The notes under the pieces: model-generated
Seen by the model: only the letters and a program-made list of their open reading frames with translations
What the model was told of the DNA's origin: nothing
Database searches by the model: none
Position numbers and translations under genes: made by a program
Assembly: GCA_034436215.1 (NCBI GenBank)
Contig: DAOTVU010000029.1
Location: forward strand, 25,007 to 89,006
From: Dehalococcoidia bacterium
Lineage (GTDB): Bacteria; Chloroflexota; Dehalococcoidia; GIF9; UBA5629
Length of the DNA stretch: 64,000 nt
Direction of reading: 5' to 3'
Shown here: in pieces, positions 19,842-30,351 of the stretch
Numbering within the stretch: the first letter of the stretch is position 1
How the letters are laid out: every line of letters starts with the position of its first letter

Positions 19842-21653
19842 TTGGAGAAGCTCTTGTTAAAAACTCATAGTTGTGGAGAACTCACTATAAAAAATACCGG
19901 CCAGGTTGTTACTCTCGCAGGCTGGGTGCACCGGAGGCGTGATCATGGTGGGCTTATATTTATTGATCTTCGCGATAGGGAAGGGATCGTCCAAGTTGTT
20001 TTTAATCCTGAAATTTCGCCTGATGCCCATAATAAAGCTACGATTTTGAGAAATGAGTATGTTATACAGGTTAAAGGGCGGGTGGACAGGCGGCCTTCCG
20101 GAACTGAAAATAAAAAACTACCTACCGGTGATATCGAGGTAATTGCCGCCAGTATAAATATTTTAAACAGCTCCAGAACGCCGCCTTTTTATATCAATGA
20201 GGAAATAGACGTCGATGAATCTCTGCTACTCAAATACAGATATTTGCACTTAAGACGATCGCGAATGCGCGACAACCTTATTCTAAGACATCGGGTAATT
20301 AAATTCATGCGTGATTTCCTTGATTCGCGAGGCTTTATCGAAATAGAAACGCCTATTTTAATTAAAAGCACACCTGAAGGCGCCCGCGATTATGTTGTGC
20401 CCAGTAGAATTCATCCTGGTAAATTCTATGCATTACCGCAATCTCCCCAGCAACTCAAGCAATTGCTAATGGTCGCTGGAATCGAGAAGTACTACCAGGT
20501 CGCCAGATGCTTCAGAGACGAAGATTTAAGAGCAGACCGTCAGCCAGAATTTACACAGCTTGATATTGAAATGAGTTTTATTGAAGAAAATGATATTTTA
20601 AACTTGATTGAAGATCTATTTACATCACTTATTGAGCAGCTTACACCTAATTTACGAATTATTAAACCCTTCCCAAGATTCAGCTATCACGATGTGTTAG
20701 AGAGATTTGGCACAGATAAACCTGACATAAGATATGGTCTGGAATTAAAAATGATAAACGATGTGGTATCCGATAGCGAATTTATGGTATTCAAATCTGC
20801 CTTACTTAATAAGGGTGTTGTCAAAGGTATATGTATCCCCGGTTGCGCATCGTATACACATAAACAGCTTGAAGAGTTGACGGAAATTGCCAAATCACTT
20901 GGAGCTAAAGGATTGATATCACTTGCGTGGCAGAAAATCGATATAGATGAAACTATAGAAAATTTTAATATATCATCGATTAAATCGGTAGCTACAAAGT
21001 ATCTGTCTATTTTTCAGATAAGGGAAATTTTAACCCGTTTTAATGCTAAACCAGGTGATCTAATCATTATTGCAGCTGGAAGTGTCGAATTGACCAATAA
21101 AGTACTGGATGAAATCAGAAGGGAAATGGCTGTTAGATTGAACTTGATCGACCAGAGCATGATGGCTTTTTGTTTTATACTTGATTTCCCACTTTTCGAA
21201 TGGAATGAAGAAAATAATCGCTGGGAGTCAATGCATCATCCTTTTACCGCACCGATTGATGCAGACATACCGTTACTCGATGTTGAACCCGGCAAAGTTC
21301 GCGCAAGACATTATGATATAGTATGTAATGGCTATGAGCTATCGAGTGGAAGCATTAGAATCCATACGCGTGAATTACAGCAAAAGATATTTAACGTTCT
21401 TGGCTATTCAGATGAGGAAATTGAAAACAAGTTTGGCAATTTCCTTGAAGCTTTTGAGTATGGTGCACCACCTCATGGTGGAGTTGCTCCTGGTATTGAT
21501 CGTTTAATTATGCTTCTCACCAATAGTAAAACAATTCGTGATGTTATAGCCTTTCCTAAAAATCAGGCAGCAATTGATTTGATGACGGATGCACCATCAA
21601 ATATATCCGAACAGCAATTAAAGGAGCTACATTTAAATATCACGGATATTTAG
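19842..21653 (+). CDS. aspS: aspartate--tRNA ligase (bacterial type)
   Basis: THSCGEL N-terminus and class IIb motifs [20 protein letters not shown] and [10 protein letters not shown]. The start is TTG 19842 or TTG 19854; the latter lies 6 nt after a GGAG. Confidence 0.92.
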   Translation: MEKLLLKTHSCGELTIKNTGQVVTLAGWVHRRRDHGGLIFIDLRDREGIVQVVFNPEISPDAHNKATILRNEYVIQVKGRVDRRPSGTENKKLPTGDIEVIAASINILNSSRTPPFYINEEIDVDESLLLKYRYLHLRRSRMRDNLILRHRVIKFMRDFLDSRGFIEIETPILIKSTPEGARDYVVPSRIHPGKFYALPQSPQQLKQLLMVAGIEKYYQVARCFRDEDLRADRQPEFTQLDIEMSFIEENDILNLIEDLFTSLIEQLTPNLRIIKPFPRFSYHDVLERFGTDKPDIRYGLELKMINDVVSDSEFMVFKSALLNKGVVKGICIPGCASYTHKQLEELTEIAKSLGAKGLISLAWQKIDIDETIENFNISSIKSVATKYLSIFQIREILTRFNAKPGDLIIIAAGSVELTNKVLDEIRREMAVRLNLIDQSMMAFCFILDFPLFEWNEENNRWESMHHPFTAPIDADIPLLDVEPGKVRARHYDIVCNGYELSSGSIRIHTRELQQKIFNVLGYSDEEIENKFGNFLEAFEYGAPPHGGVAPGIDRLIMLLTNSKTIRDVIAFPKNQAAIDLMTDAPSNISEQQLKELHLNITDI

Positions 21654-21678
21654 ATAGCATTCTCGCAAAGGCTATTTT

Positions 21679-21706
21679 TTGAACTGCATCGTGCCAATGT
21701 TATAAT
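21679..21706 (+). promoter_or_regulatory. sigma70-type promoter candidate for tig-clpP
   Basis: TTGAAC (21679-84), a 16-nt spacer, then TGtTATAAT (extended -10, TATAAT at 21701-06). It lies 23 nt upstream of the tig ATG, with GAAGGAAG as RBS. Confidence 0.5.
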
Positions 21707-21728
21707 TTATTCAAAGTGAAGGAAGTAT

Positions 21729-23012
21729 ATGAAAACTGCATCTGAAAAGCTGGAAAACTGCCAGGTTGAATTAAATGTAGAATTAGAGCAGCCGGAGTTT
21801 GAAAGACACATGTCCATGGCTCTGGATAGAATTGCAAAGAATATATCTTTACCCGGATTCAGGAAAGGCAAAGCACCGCTCGAACTGGTTGAGCAGCAGG
21901 TTGGGCGGGAGGCGATTTTAAAAGAGGCTCTGGAATATATGATCCCAGAGGCATATCAGGAAGCTTTGAAGAGTGAATCTATCAATGCTATAGGAGCGCC
22001 TGATATTGAACTACTTCAAATTGATCCAATAAAGTTTAAGGCAATAGTTCCTGTTGTTCCCAACGTTATTCCAGGTGATTACAGATCTATAAGACTAAAG
22101 CTTGAAAAAAAGGAGATCGGCGAAGACGATATCGAACAGGTTATCAGTCAATTAAGACTTCAGTTGGGCACTTTAATACCGGTTGACAAAGCTATTGAAT
22201 ATGGAGATACTGCGGTCATTGATGTAAGGGGAGAAAGCGATCGCCAAATGGTTATAAACAGAGAGGATGCAGTTTATGAAGTCAAGCAGGATTCAAAGTA
22301 CCCTGTTCCTGGATTTTCGGAGCAGTTATTAGGATTGACAGGAGGACAGGAAAAAAGTTTCACAATCGATTTTTCAGGTGATTGTGAAATAAAGGAATTG
22401 GCGGGTAAAAAATTTGATTTTTACGTAAAAATCAGAGAAGTTAGGAAAATGAATCTTCCGGAAATTAATGATGAATTTGCCAAAATGGCTGGTTCAGAAA
22501 GCCTTAATGAACTCCGCTCTAAAATAAGGGAAGAATTACAAACGAAATTGAATGATGGGCTTAAAAGGGACTTTGAAAATAAATTGATCAATTCCATTAT
22601 AGATATTAGCACCGTAGAGTTTCCTCCGATTCTTGTTGAGGAGGAAATAGATCAAATCATAAATGACGAAGCTCGCAATTTCAAAGACGGTGTTAAGGGA
22701 CTGGAAAACTATCTTGCTGTTGCCAAGAAGACAATTGAGCAGCATAGAGAAGAATTACGTCCCATAGCTACATCTCGAGTTAAGGCTTATCTGGTTACAA
22801 GTAAAATCGGTGAGTTGGAAAATATTTCTGCCAGTGATGACGAAGTGAACCAGCAGATAGAGAAAATGGCTAAAGGTTATGACGGTAGAGAGGAACAAAT
22901 CAGGGATTTGTTCAATATGTCAAAGCCACGGGAATCGCTTAAAGCTATGATTATCATAAATAAAACTATGGATTTATTATTTAAAATAGCTACCGGTGAG
23001 GAAGCAAAATAA
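21729..23012 (+). CDS. tig: trigger factor
   Basis: Ribosome-binding signature PGFRKGKAP in the N-terminal domain. Length of 427 aa and an acidic C-terminal domain. It sits directly upstream of clpP. Confidence 0.92.
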   Translation: MKTASEKLENCQVELNVELEQPEFERHMSMALDRIAKNISLPGFRKGKAPLELVEQQVGREAILKEALEYMIPEAYQEALKSESINAIGAPDIELLQIDPIKFKAIVPVVPNVIPGDYRSIRLKLEKKEIGEDDIEQVISQLRLQLGTLIPVDKAIEYGDTAVIDVRGESDRQMVINREDAVYEVKQDSKYPVPGFSEQLLGLTGGQEKSFTIDFSGDCEIKELAGKKFDFYVKIREVRKMNLPEINDEFAKMAGSESLNELRSKIREELQTKLNDGLKRDFENKLINSIIDISTVEFPPILVEEEIDQIINDEARNFKDGVKGLENYLAVAKKTIEQHREELRPIATSRVKAYLVTSKIGELENISASDDEVNQQIEKMAKGYDGREEQIRDLFNMSKPRESLKAMIIINKTMDLLFKIATGEEAK

Positions 23013-23035
23013 TTTTTATTGGAGGAGAAATTATT

Positions 23036-23650
23036 ATGGATAGATCACCTTTTAACATAATTCCTACTGTAATTGAAAGCAGTGCAAGAGGGGAGAGGTA
23101 CATGGATATATACTCCCTGCTCTTGAAAGAACGTATCATATTTTTAGGTACGCAGATTGATGACCAGATTGCAAACCTGGTAGTCGCTCAGTTGCTTTAT
23201 CTTGCCCGAGAAGATCCGGAAAAAGATATCAGCATCTATATACATTCTCCCGGTGGAGTGGTAACTGCTGGTCTGGCTATTTACGATACAATGCAGTTGA
23301 TCCAACCCGATGTATCTACTATTTGTGTCGGTTCGGCTTATAGTATGGGGACGGTGCTCCTATGCGCTGGGACGAAAGGCAAAAGATTTGCTCTACCGAA
23401 CGCAACTATTCATATGCATCAAGGTAGGGCAGGAACGCAGGGTCAGATAACGGATATCAAAATAGCCGCTAAAGAGTTCGAAAGGCTGGATAATCTGGTT
23501 GCTGAGATACTGGCAAAACATACGGGTCAACCTCTGGAAAAAATCCGGCAGGATACCGATCGGGATATTTATCTGGATGCAAAACAGGCTGTTGAATACG
23601 GTATTATCGATGACATATTAACACCATCTGCAAAATCTTCGAAAAAATAG
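23036..23650 (+). CDS. clpP: ATP-dependent Clp protease proteolytic subunit
   Basis: Motifs [21 protein letters not shown], catalytic Ser context GSAYSMG and His context IHMHQ. Confidence 0.93.
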   Translation: MDRSPFNIIPTVIESSARGERYMDIYSLLLKERIIFLGTQIDDQIANLVVAQLLYLAREDPEKDISIYIHSPGGVVTAGLAIYDTMQLIQPDVSTICVGSAYSMGTVLLCAGTKGKRFALPNATIHMHQGRAGTQGQITDIKIAAKEFERLDNLVAEILAKHTGQPLEKIRQDTDRDIYLDAKQAVEYGIIDDILTPSAKSSKK

Positions 23651-23673
23651 AAAAGCGTTTTCCCATACAGTTG

Positions 23674-23703
23674 GAACAGGGCAATTTGCCCTGTTCTTTT
23701 TTT
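23674..23703. terminator. rho-independent terminator between convergent clpP and the efp operon
   Basis: gaacagggca (23674-83) pairs perfectly with tgccctgttc (23687-96) around a 3-nt loop. A run of seven T (23697-703) follows. On the opposite strand the flank is only partly A/T-rich. Confidence 0.8.
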
Positions 23704-24532
23704 ATTCTATGTATTTACATTTACTAATCAGTTTGTCGATTCTGTCAGTTACATCGAAGCCTTTTATCTGCTTCCCGGTTCTATCGAAGATAGATTTATT
23801 GGATATTTTAATATCTCCATAACTCAAAGCTTTCAAAGTCTCAATGATCAATGGTGTCTCTCTGATAAATCCTTCCCGGCGTATCCTCTTGAATAGTTCG
23901 TTATTTTCTCCCTGCTCTATCTTGATTTTTTCCAATTCATAACCTTTTATCTCATCCCAGAGTTTGTTGAAAGCATTACCCGTAATAGGATATCTGCAGA
24001 ATGTTACAACAGGACCTCTATCAAGTTGAGGTGTTACCAGATGTATCATGACGCCGGATTCGGTTGCATAATTTGATATAAGCTGCCAGATAACTTCCTG
24101 CCATGTACCTTTCGGTCCATTCGGTAATGCCGGGTGCAGGTTGATCATATCATATTTTTCACACATTTCCTGTCCCACTATAAGCATATAGCCTGCCAGC
24201 AAGCATATATCAACCCTGAATGGTTCGAGCAGTTTCATGACCTGCCTATCATATTCAAGACGCCATGGCGGAAGTATCTCATCTGAAGCCGCTATTTTTT
24301 CATGAAACATTTCTGCATACTTTCTTACTGACAAACATAACAGGGGAATCTGATAAGATTTTACCTGTTCAATAAATAAATCAGTTTTTGGTGACTCACC
24401 TCGTTCGCGACTGCAAAAAACATATTCTATAGATGCATCGAGATCCTTATTTTGTATAGATGTAAAGACGCTGTTTAGCAAATTCCTTGAACTATCACCC
24501 CGCGCGGTAGAAAACCAGCCAACTCTCAACAT
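23702..24532 (-). CDS. formyltransferase-fold protein (PurN-like core with extra ~90-aa C-terminal region)
   Basis: PurN-type catalytic motifs INLHPALP (Asn/His) and QLDRGPVV (Asp). The N-terminal loop differs from PurN, and the C-terminal ~90 aa is one I cannot assign. Confidence 0.6.
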   Translation of the reverse strand: MLRVGWFSTARGDSSRNLLNSVFTSIQNKDLDASIEYVFCSRERGESPKTDLFIEQVKSYQIPLLCLSVRKYAEMFHEKIAASDEILPPWRLEYDRQVMKLLEPFRVDICLLAGYMLIVGQEMCEKYDMINLHPALPNGPKGTWQEVIWQLISNYATESGVMIHLVTPQLDRGPVVTFCRYPITGNAFNKLWDEIKGYELEKIKIEQGENNELFKRIRREGFIRETPLIIETLKALSYGDIKISNKSIFDRTGKQIKGFDVTDRIDKLISKCKYIE

Positions 24533-24537
24533 ACTGC

Positions 24538-25188
24538 TTACAGCCTTTTTTTTCTTAGTCTTGCTGTGGTACTGAAAAGATGGATCAAAGGGCTTGATTT
24601 AGATGCCCTTATCCTGCCCCGAGCCAGTGAATTTAAAAATTCCTGAGGGCTATTAAACTCTTGCATCTCTATGTTTACATAGCCAATTTCAAGGTAGCAG
24701 TGGGCATCGCTGCCAGCACTCATGACTTTGTGGAAACGTTTTGCAAGTTCCATTGCTTTCTTTTCAATGCCGGGATACATACTCCTTGCGTTAAATATTT
24801 CGACGATATCTACATAATCCATTATTTTTTCCAGCATCCTCAAATTACGAAACGCTGAGGGCCTAATTCTATCAAATGGATGTGGAATACAAACAAGACC
24901 ATTCTGTTCCTTGATATGTTTTATCGTTTCTTCGACAGACAATTTATTAGGTATGTCTTCCTGTAAAAACATGCCCATAATTTCACCGTATGGAGTTAAT
25001 ATCTCTTCTGAGATAATCACCTTAAAGGGGGCTATCTTGCTAAATTCCTTTGCCCCTCTTGTTGTACCATGATCGGCAATAGCAATACAATTAATTTCTT
25101 TCTTCTGACATGCGGAAATCAAGTCTTCATACGACATGTTTGAATCAATCGAATGTTTTGTATGAACATGCAGATCTGCTTTTAGCAA
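24538..25188 (-). CDS. PHP-domain metal-dependent phosphoesterase
   Basis: N-terminal DLHVHTKHS motif, later IADHGT and SDAH motifs typical of the PHP fold. It starts 3 nt after the efp stop. Confidence 0.75.
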   Translation of the reverse strand: MLKADLHVHTKHSIDSNMSYEDLISACQKKEINCIAIADHGTTRGAKEFSKIAPFKVIISEEILTPYGEIMGMFLQEDIPNKLSVEETIKHIKEQNGLVCIPHPFDRIRPSAFRNLRMLEKIMDYVDIVEIFNARSMYPGIEKKAMELAKRFHKVMSAGSDAHCYLEIGYVNIEMQEFNSPQEFLNSLARGRIRASKSSPLIHLFSTTARLRKKRL

Positions 25189-25191
25189 ATT

Positions 25192-25752
25192 TCAGTTAAC
25201 CCTTTCTAAATACTCGCCTGTTCGTGTATCCACTTTGATAATATCACCCGTATTAATGAAGAAAGGAACCTGAATGGTAATTCCTGTCTCCAATTTAGCA
25301 GGCTTACTACCCGCACTGGCTGTATTCCCTTTAAATCCTGGTCCGGTTTCTGTAACTTTAAGTTCAACAGATACAGGCAACTCTACGCCAATTGCTACAC
25401 CCTTATGCATTACCAGCTCTAAGTTCATATTTTCCTTCAGATAATTTAAAGCATCGCCTATAAGGGTTTTCTCTACGGCAAATTGTTCATAAGTTTCAGA
25501 ATCCATAAAATGATACAGGTCGCCTTCGTTATAAAGAAATTGAACCGGCCTCCTTTCCACAAAAACTTTAGCGAATTTTTCGCTTGCTTGGAAAGACCTT
25601 TCAATAGTATGTCCGGCTTTTAAGTCTCTTAATTTTATCCTTATCTGAGCTGATCCCCTTCCCATTTTAATGTGGCTGTAGTCCAGTACCTGATATAATT
25701 GACCATCTATCATAATAGTTATGCCTTTCTTTAATTCTCCAGCATCTATCAT
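25192..25752 (-). CDS. efp: elongation factor P (Arg at the loop tip)
   Basis: 186 aa. The N-terminal KOW-like domain has the loop HIKMGRGSAQIRIKLRDL, with Arg32 where E. coli has Lys34. The domain II/III pattern is typical. Confidence 0.92.
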   Translation of the reverse strand: MIDAGELKKGITIMIDGQLYQVLDYSHIKMGRGSAQIRIKLRDLKAGHTIERSFQASEKFAKVFVERRPVQFLYNEGDLYHFMDSETYEQFAVEKTLIGDALNYLKENMNLELVMHKGVAIGVELPVSVELKVTETGPGFKGNTASAGSKPAKLETGITIQVPFFINTGDIIKVDTRTGEYLERVN

Positions 25753-25757
25753 GTTAT

Positions 25758-26843
25758 TTACCCTCCGTTTAAAAGTGCATTCTTATTTGCCTTTGTCATA
25801 CAAACAACCTGTCCATTAACAACTGTAACAGTATCTTCAATTCTCACTCCACCCCATCCTGGCATATATATACCCGGCTCGATGGTAAAAACCATGCCAG
25901 CTTTAATTTCGTCATCGCTCACCATACTGATACGAGGTAATTCATGTGTCTCTAAACCTATACCATGACCCAATCCATGGCCGAAATATTCGCCGTAGCC
26001 AGCGTTGCTTATCATCGATCGGACAATATCGTCAGCATTTGTGGCTTTCATATTTTCTTTAATTAAAGATATACCACTTAGCTGAGCGCTCAAAACTATA
26101 TTATAGATTTTATTGAAATTGCTGTCTTCTTCACCGATTATAAATGTTCTGGTGATATCGCTGCAGTATCCTCTATAGCGTGCACCCATGTCTATTATAA
26201 TTGGTTCACCTGTTCCTATTATTTTGTCAGTTGGTTTGGCATGTGGCAATGCAGCATTAGATCCAGATGCTACTATAATATCAAATGGCAAACTTTCACT
26301 GCCTTTGCTGCGAATAAAACATTCCAGTTCCCAGGCGAATTGTTTTTCTGTTTTACCGGCTTTTAACTGGCACTTTATGAATTCAACGGCATCATCAACA
26401 ATTTCACAAGCCTTTTCTATTTTTCCTAATTCTTCTCTATCTTTTAATATACGCAGGGACTCAACCGCATTTTGTACAGGGATTAGCTGCAATTTACTGT
26501 TTTTCTTCTTAATGACCTGATGGAGCTTTTGATATTGGGAGAAAGACAAATAATCGGACTCGATGGCCAGTTTTTTAATTCCAAGTTCGCTGTAAACGTC
26601 GATCAACCATTCGGATATATCCTTTTTTAAATGTATAATATCCATATCTGCAGTTTCTATTTTTGCCTGTTCTACATATCTGAAATCTACACCTAACAAA
26701 GAATTTTTTTGAGATATAATGAGCCAGCCAGCAGAACCCGTAAATCCGGTTAAATAACGTATATTGGGGAGTGAACCGATTAATATGCCGTCAGCAGAAA
26801 AGCTATCGAGTTTTTGTTTTAAAAGGCTTATTCTTTTTTTCAT
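25758..26843 (-). CDS. pepP: Xaa-Pro aminopeptidase (M24B family)
   Basis: M24 metal-ligand motifs DMGARYRGYCSDITRT, HGLGHGIGLETHE and RIEDTV. It is adjacent to efp. Confidence 0.85.
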   Translation of the reverse strand: MKKRISLLKQKLDSFSADGILIGSLPNIRYLTGFTGSAGWLIISQKNSLLGVDFRYVEQAKIETADMDIIHLKKDISEWLIDVYSELGIKKLAIESDYLSFSQYQKLHQVIKKKNSKLQLIPVQNAVESLRILKDREELGKIEKACEIVDDAVEFIKCQLKAGKTEKQFAWELECFIRSKGSESLPFDIIVASGSNAALPHAKPTDKIIGTGEPIIIDMGARYRGYCSDITRTFIIGEEDSNFNKIYNIVLSAQLSGISLIKENMKATNADDIVRSMISNAGYGEYFGHGLGHGIGLETHELPRISMVSDDEIKAGMVFTIEPGIYMPGWGGVRIEDTVTVVNGQVVCMTKANKNALLNGG

Positions 26844-26885
26844 AATATCGTAACCGATATAGTTTAGTTTATATTGTTCAAATAC

Positions 26886-29150
26886 TTAACCCTTTTTACC
26901 TTTTATCTTTCTTCTATACTTAGTTATTTTTTTAGTATATCTGCATTGAGGAAATCGACTGCAGGCCAGAAATTTGCCGAATCGACCATTTTTAATAACC
27001 ATGGGACTGCCGCATTCAGCGCAGATTTCTTTAGTGTATGTTTGTTCGGATAACTCGTTGAGAGCGCTATTTGGTGACAATCTTATTTTTCCGTTAATGC
27101 TGGCCGTTCCATCGCAGGCAGGAAAGTCGGAGCAGGCATAAAATCTACCGTAGCGCCCTTTTTTAATTATCATCGGTTTACCGCATTTGGGGCAGGGCTT
27201 ATCTATACTTGTAGTTGTATCAGTATTTGATTTATCTTCATTAACATCTTTATCAGATTTGCCGGGTACATCGTTAATGGCCTTTTTGCCTTTGCATTCA
27301 GGATAATTACTGCATGCAAGAAATTTGCCAAATCGACTTGATTTGATGACCATTTCACGACCACACAGGGGGCACTTTTCCTCCGATTTGATAACAACCT
27401 TATCCAGATTTTCCTGTGCACGAGACAAATCTTTCTCAAAAGGCTGGTAGAATGATTTAATAACCGATAGCCAATTGATTTTTCCTTTGGCAATATCATC
27501 CAGTTCATTTTCCATTTTTGCTGTAAAACTATAATCTACTATATTGGGAAAATTGGAGACCAGCAGGTCATTTACTATCATACCTATACGATCCGGCCAC
27601 AACTTCCCCGAATCTTTATATACATAACCTCTTTCTTGAATTGTGGATATAATGGGGGCGTATGTGCTTGGTCGACCTATTCCCTTCTGCTCAAGTGCCT
27701 TAATCAAACTTGCTTCGGTATACCTGGCAGGCGGTTGCGTAAAAAACTGCTGGGGATGCAAATCAATCAGTTTTAAAGACTCATTAACTGAAAGTTGTGG
27801 GATGGGGTTGCTATCAATATCGTATTCATCACTATCCTCATCCCTGCCTTCGGTATATAAAATCATGAATCCCGGAAAATTAATGGATGAAGACTTTGTC
27901 TGCAGAAGATAGGATTTTTTATTATCGTTCAAATTCTCCGCCTTAACATCTACCGTGATGGTATCATATATTGCAGCAGACATCTGGCTGGCTATGGTTC
28001 TCTTCCAGATTAATTCATATAAAGCAAATTGATCTTTATTAAGATATTTTTTTATTTCCGATGGAATTCTGGAAGCCCTGGTCGGTCTTATGGCTTCATG
28101 TGCCTCCTGTGCTAATTTAACCCTTTTGGTAAATTTCCTCGGCACATCGGGAAGATATTGTTCCGAAAAGTTACCTTTTATATAGTTTCTTATCTCTTCA
28201 ATTGCGGATAAGGCAATATTGGTAGAATCTGTTCGCATATAGGTAATTAAACCCGTTTCACCTTCTTCTCCTATATTTAATCCCTCATATAGCTGCTGAG
28301 CAATCAGCATGGTTTTTTTTGCAGTGAAATGTAATTTACGCCATGCTTCCTGCTGCAAAGTGCTTGTAATAAAGGGAGCAGCCGGTTGCCGTGCAATTGC
28401 CTTTTTCCTGATATCATCGACTTGATAGCGTGCAGTTTTAAGATCGTTCAATATTTCTTCGCAATGCGGTTTATCAGGTATATTGATTTTATGATCGATA
28501 TCATGTCCAATTAGTATCGCTCTAAAGCTTCCGGTTTCTTTGTTGCGCTGAATTAACTCAGCCTCAATTGACCAGTATTCAATTGGCTTAAAATTTTGGA
28601 TTTCGCGCTCCCTGTCGACTATTAAACGTACGGCTGCAGATTGGACTCTGCCAGCAGAAAGGCCTTTTAACACCTTTTTCCATAACAACGGACTTAATTT
28701 GTACCCCACTAACCTGTCCAAAATTCGTCTTGCCTGTTGGGCATCTACCAATTTCATATCAATAGATCTTGGGCTCCTGAAAGAATGTTCCACCGCCTCT
28801 CTGGTTATCTCGTGAAAAGCGACTCTTTTTAAAGCTATTTTCAATTTTTCCAGTTTTGCAGCCTGCACAAGATGCCATGAAATTGCTTCACCCTCGCGAT
28901 CAGGATCGGTCGCTAAAAATATTGCTGAAGCTGATTTTGCCAGGTCGCTTACTTCATTTATTATATTTTTTCGTTGTGGAATTATGCGGTATAAAGGTTT
29001 AAACCCATCGTTTATATCGATTCCAAGGCTGTTTTCAGGAAGATCCCGAACATGACCCATTGATGCCTTTATGATATAACCCTTACCCAGTATTCTACCC
29101 AGTGTTTTTGCTTTCGCAGGCGATTCAACAATAACAAGCTTATACTTCAT
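26886..29150 (-). CDS. topA: DNA topoisomerase I
   Basis: TOPRIM N-terminus LVIVESPAKAKT and active-site Tyr region ITYMRTDS. There are three C-terminal C4 zinc ribbons (CPLCG...CSNYPEC, CPKCG...CSDFPAC, CAECG...CSRFPQC) and a basic tail. Confidence 0.93.
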   Translation of the reverse strand: MKYKLVIVESPAKAKTLGRILGKGYIIKASMGHVRDLPENSLGIDINDGFKPLYRIIPQRKNIINEVSDLAKSASAIFLATDPDREGEAISWHLVQAAKLEKLKIALKRVAFHEITREAVEHSFRSPRSIDMKLVDAQQARRILDRLVGYKLSPLLWKKVLKGLSAGRVQSAAVRLIVDREREIQNFKPIEYWSIEAELIQRNKETGSFRAILIGHDIDHKINIPDKPHCEEILNDLKTARYQVDDIRKKAIARQPAAPFITSTLQQEAWRKLHFTAKKTMLIAQQLYEGLNIGEEGETGLITYMRTDSTNIALSAIEEIRNYIKGNFSEQYLPDVPRKFTKRVKLAQEAHEAIRPTRASRIPSEIKKYLNKDQFALYELIWKRTIASQMSAAIYDTITVDVKAENLNDNKKSYLLQTKSSSINFPGFMILYTEGRDEDSDEYDIDSNPIPQLSVNESLKLIDLHPQQFFTQPPARYTEASLIKALEQKGIGRPSTYAPIISTIQERGYVYKDSGKLWPDRIGMIVNDLLVSNFPNIVDYSFTAKMENELDDIAKGKINWLSVIKSFYQPFEKDLSRAQENLDKVVIKSEEKCPLCGREMVIKSSRFGKFLACSNYPECKGKKAINDVPGKSDKDVNEDKSNTDTTTSIDKPCPKCGKPMIIKKGRYGRFYACSDFPACDGTASINGKIRLSPNSALNELSEQTYTKEICAECGSPMVIKNGRFGKFLACSRFPQCRYTKKITKYRRKIKGKKG

Positions 29151-29167
29151 AATAATCCCGTTTTATT

Positions 29168-30268
29168 TTATTTCATACTCGTACAACGCATGTAATTAAG
29201 ATTTCCAATATGTTTGACCAGACCTTTGAGTTCCAAAACTGTTAAATGGCTTTGAACGACTGCGATATTTAATTCTGTATTTCGGCAAATCTGGTCGATA
29301 TGTAGGGGTTCATAGTAAATACTCTTTATTATAATAGATTCAATCTCATCCTGATTATTTAAAGTTATCATCTCACATTGATGATTGTTCACCGGTAAGT
29401 TAAGTTCTTCAAGGATATCCATATAGTCACTGACCAATTTTGCACCCTGCTGAATCAATTTATTGGTCCCCTTGCTCAAAGGAGAATACACACTGCCAGG
29501 AACTGCAAAAACCTCTCTATCCTGCTCTAGGGCAAAGTTTGCAGTTATGAGTGCACCACCGGTTTCGCCGGATTCAACTATCAGTACGCCTCTGCTCATG
29601 CCACTTAATATACGGTTTCTCTGCGGAAAATATTCTGCTTTTGGCTTCACTCCGAGAGGATGTTCACTAATTAATGCACCCTTCTCCATTATTTCTCGTG
29701 CCAGTTTGGCGTTTTCATAAGGATAAACAATATCGAGTCCACTGGCAAAAATAGCCAGTGTCCTACCGTTTGCCTCGAGAGCAGTTTTATGGGCAGTTGT
29801 ATCTATACCCTTTGCCAAACCACTTATTATCGTGATCTTATTCAATGCCAGATTTCTAACGAGTTCTTCGGTTACCTGTCTGCCATAAGTTGTGGCTCTT
29901 CTTGTTCCTACGACTGCGATGCTGAGTTCGTCACATGGCATAAGCTTTCCTCGTACAAATAATACAGCAGGGCAATCAGCAATCTCTTTGAGCATACAAG
30001 GATATTGAGGCGATTCAATAGTGATGGCTTCGATATTATATTTTTCAAGCTGTTCCAATTCCTTATCAGGAAGGATTTTATCTCTGAGCGATAGGAAGTT
30101 TGATATTATTTTTTTATCCAGACCGGTTTGTAATAGATCATTTTTTGATGCAGTCCATGCATGTTCCAGCGATCCAAACTTATTTTTAAGTAAACCCAGC
30201 CTTACTTTGCCGAACCCGGGGATTCGGGTAAAGCTAATCCAATACTTCAGGTCATCAGTAATTAACAT
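29168..30268 (-). CDS. dprA: DNA-processing protein A
   Basis: DprA/Smf Rossmann motifs ISGLAKGIDTTAH and FPQRNRILSG, with a C-terminal winged-helix-like region. The dprA-topA pairing is a widespread arrangement. Confidence 0.9.
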   Translation of the reverse strand: MLITDDLKYWISFTRIPGFGKVRLGLLKNKFGSLEHAWTASKNDLLQTGLDKKIISNFLSLRDKILPDKELEQLEKYNIEAITIESPQYPCMLKEIADCPAVLFVRGKLMPCDELSIAVVGTRRATTYGRQVTEELVRNLALNKITIISGLAKGIDTTAHKTALEANGRTLAIFASGLDIVYPYENAKLAREIMEKGALISEHPLGVKPKAEYFPQRNRILSGMSRGVLIVESGETGGALITANFALEQDREVFAVPGSVYSPLSKGTNKLIQQGAKLVSDYMDILEELNLPVNNHQCEMITLNNQDEIESIIIKSIYYEPLHIDQICRNTELNIAVVQSHLTVLELKGLVKHIGNLNYMRCTSMK

Positions 30269-30351
30269 ATGGTTTGAGTAATTTTAGCACAGCATGAGCG
30301 ATTAATGATGTGAACGGACATTTTATCGAAGACAATTGGTGTTTATTATAT

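Noticed and set aside
21654-21680. Possible terminator after aspS (atagc...gctat followed by T6)
   Set aside because: The stem is only 5 bp with a 12-nt loop, which is too weak to call. It may still contribute to termination ahead of the tig promoter.
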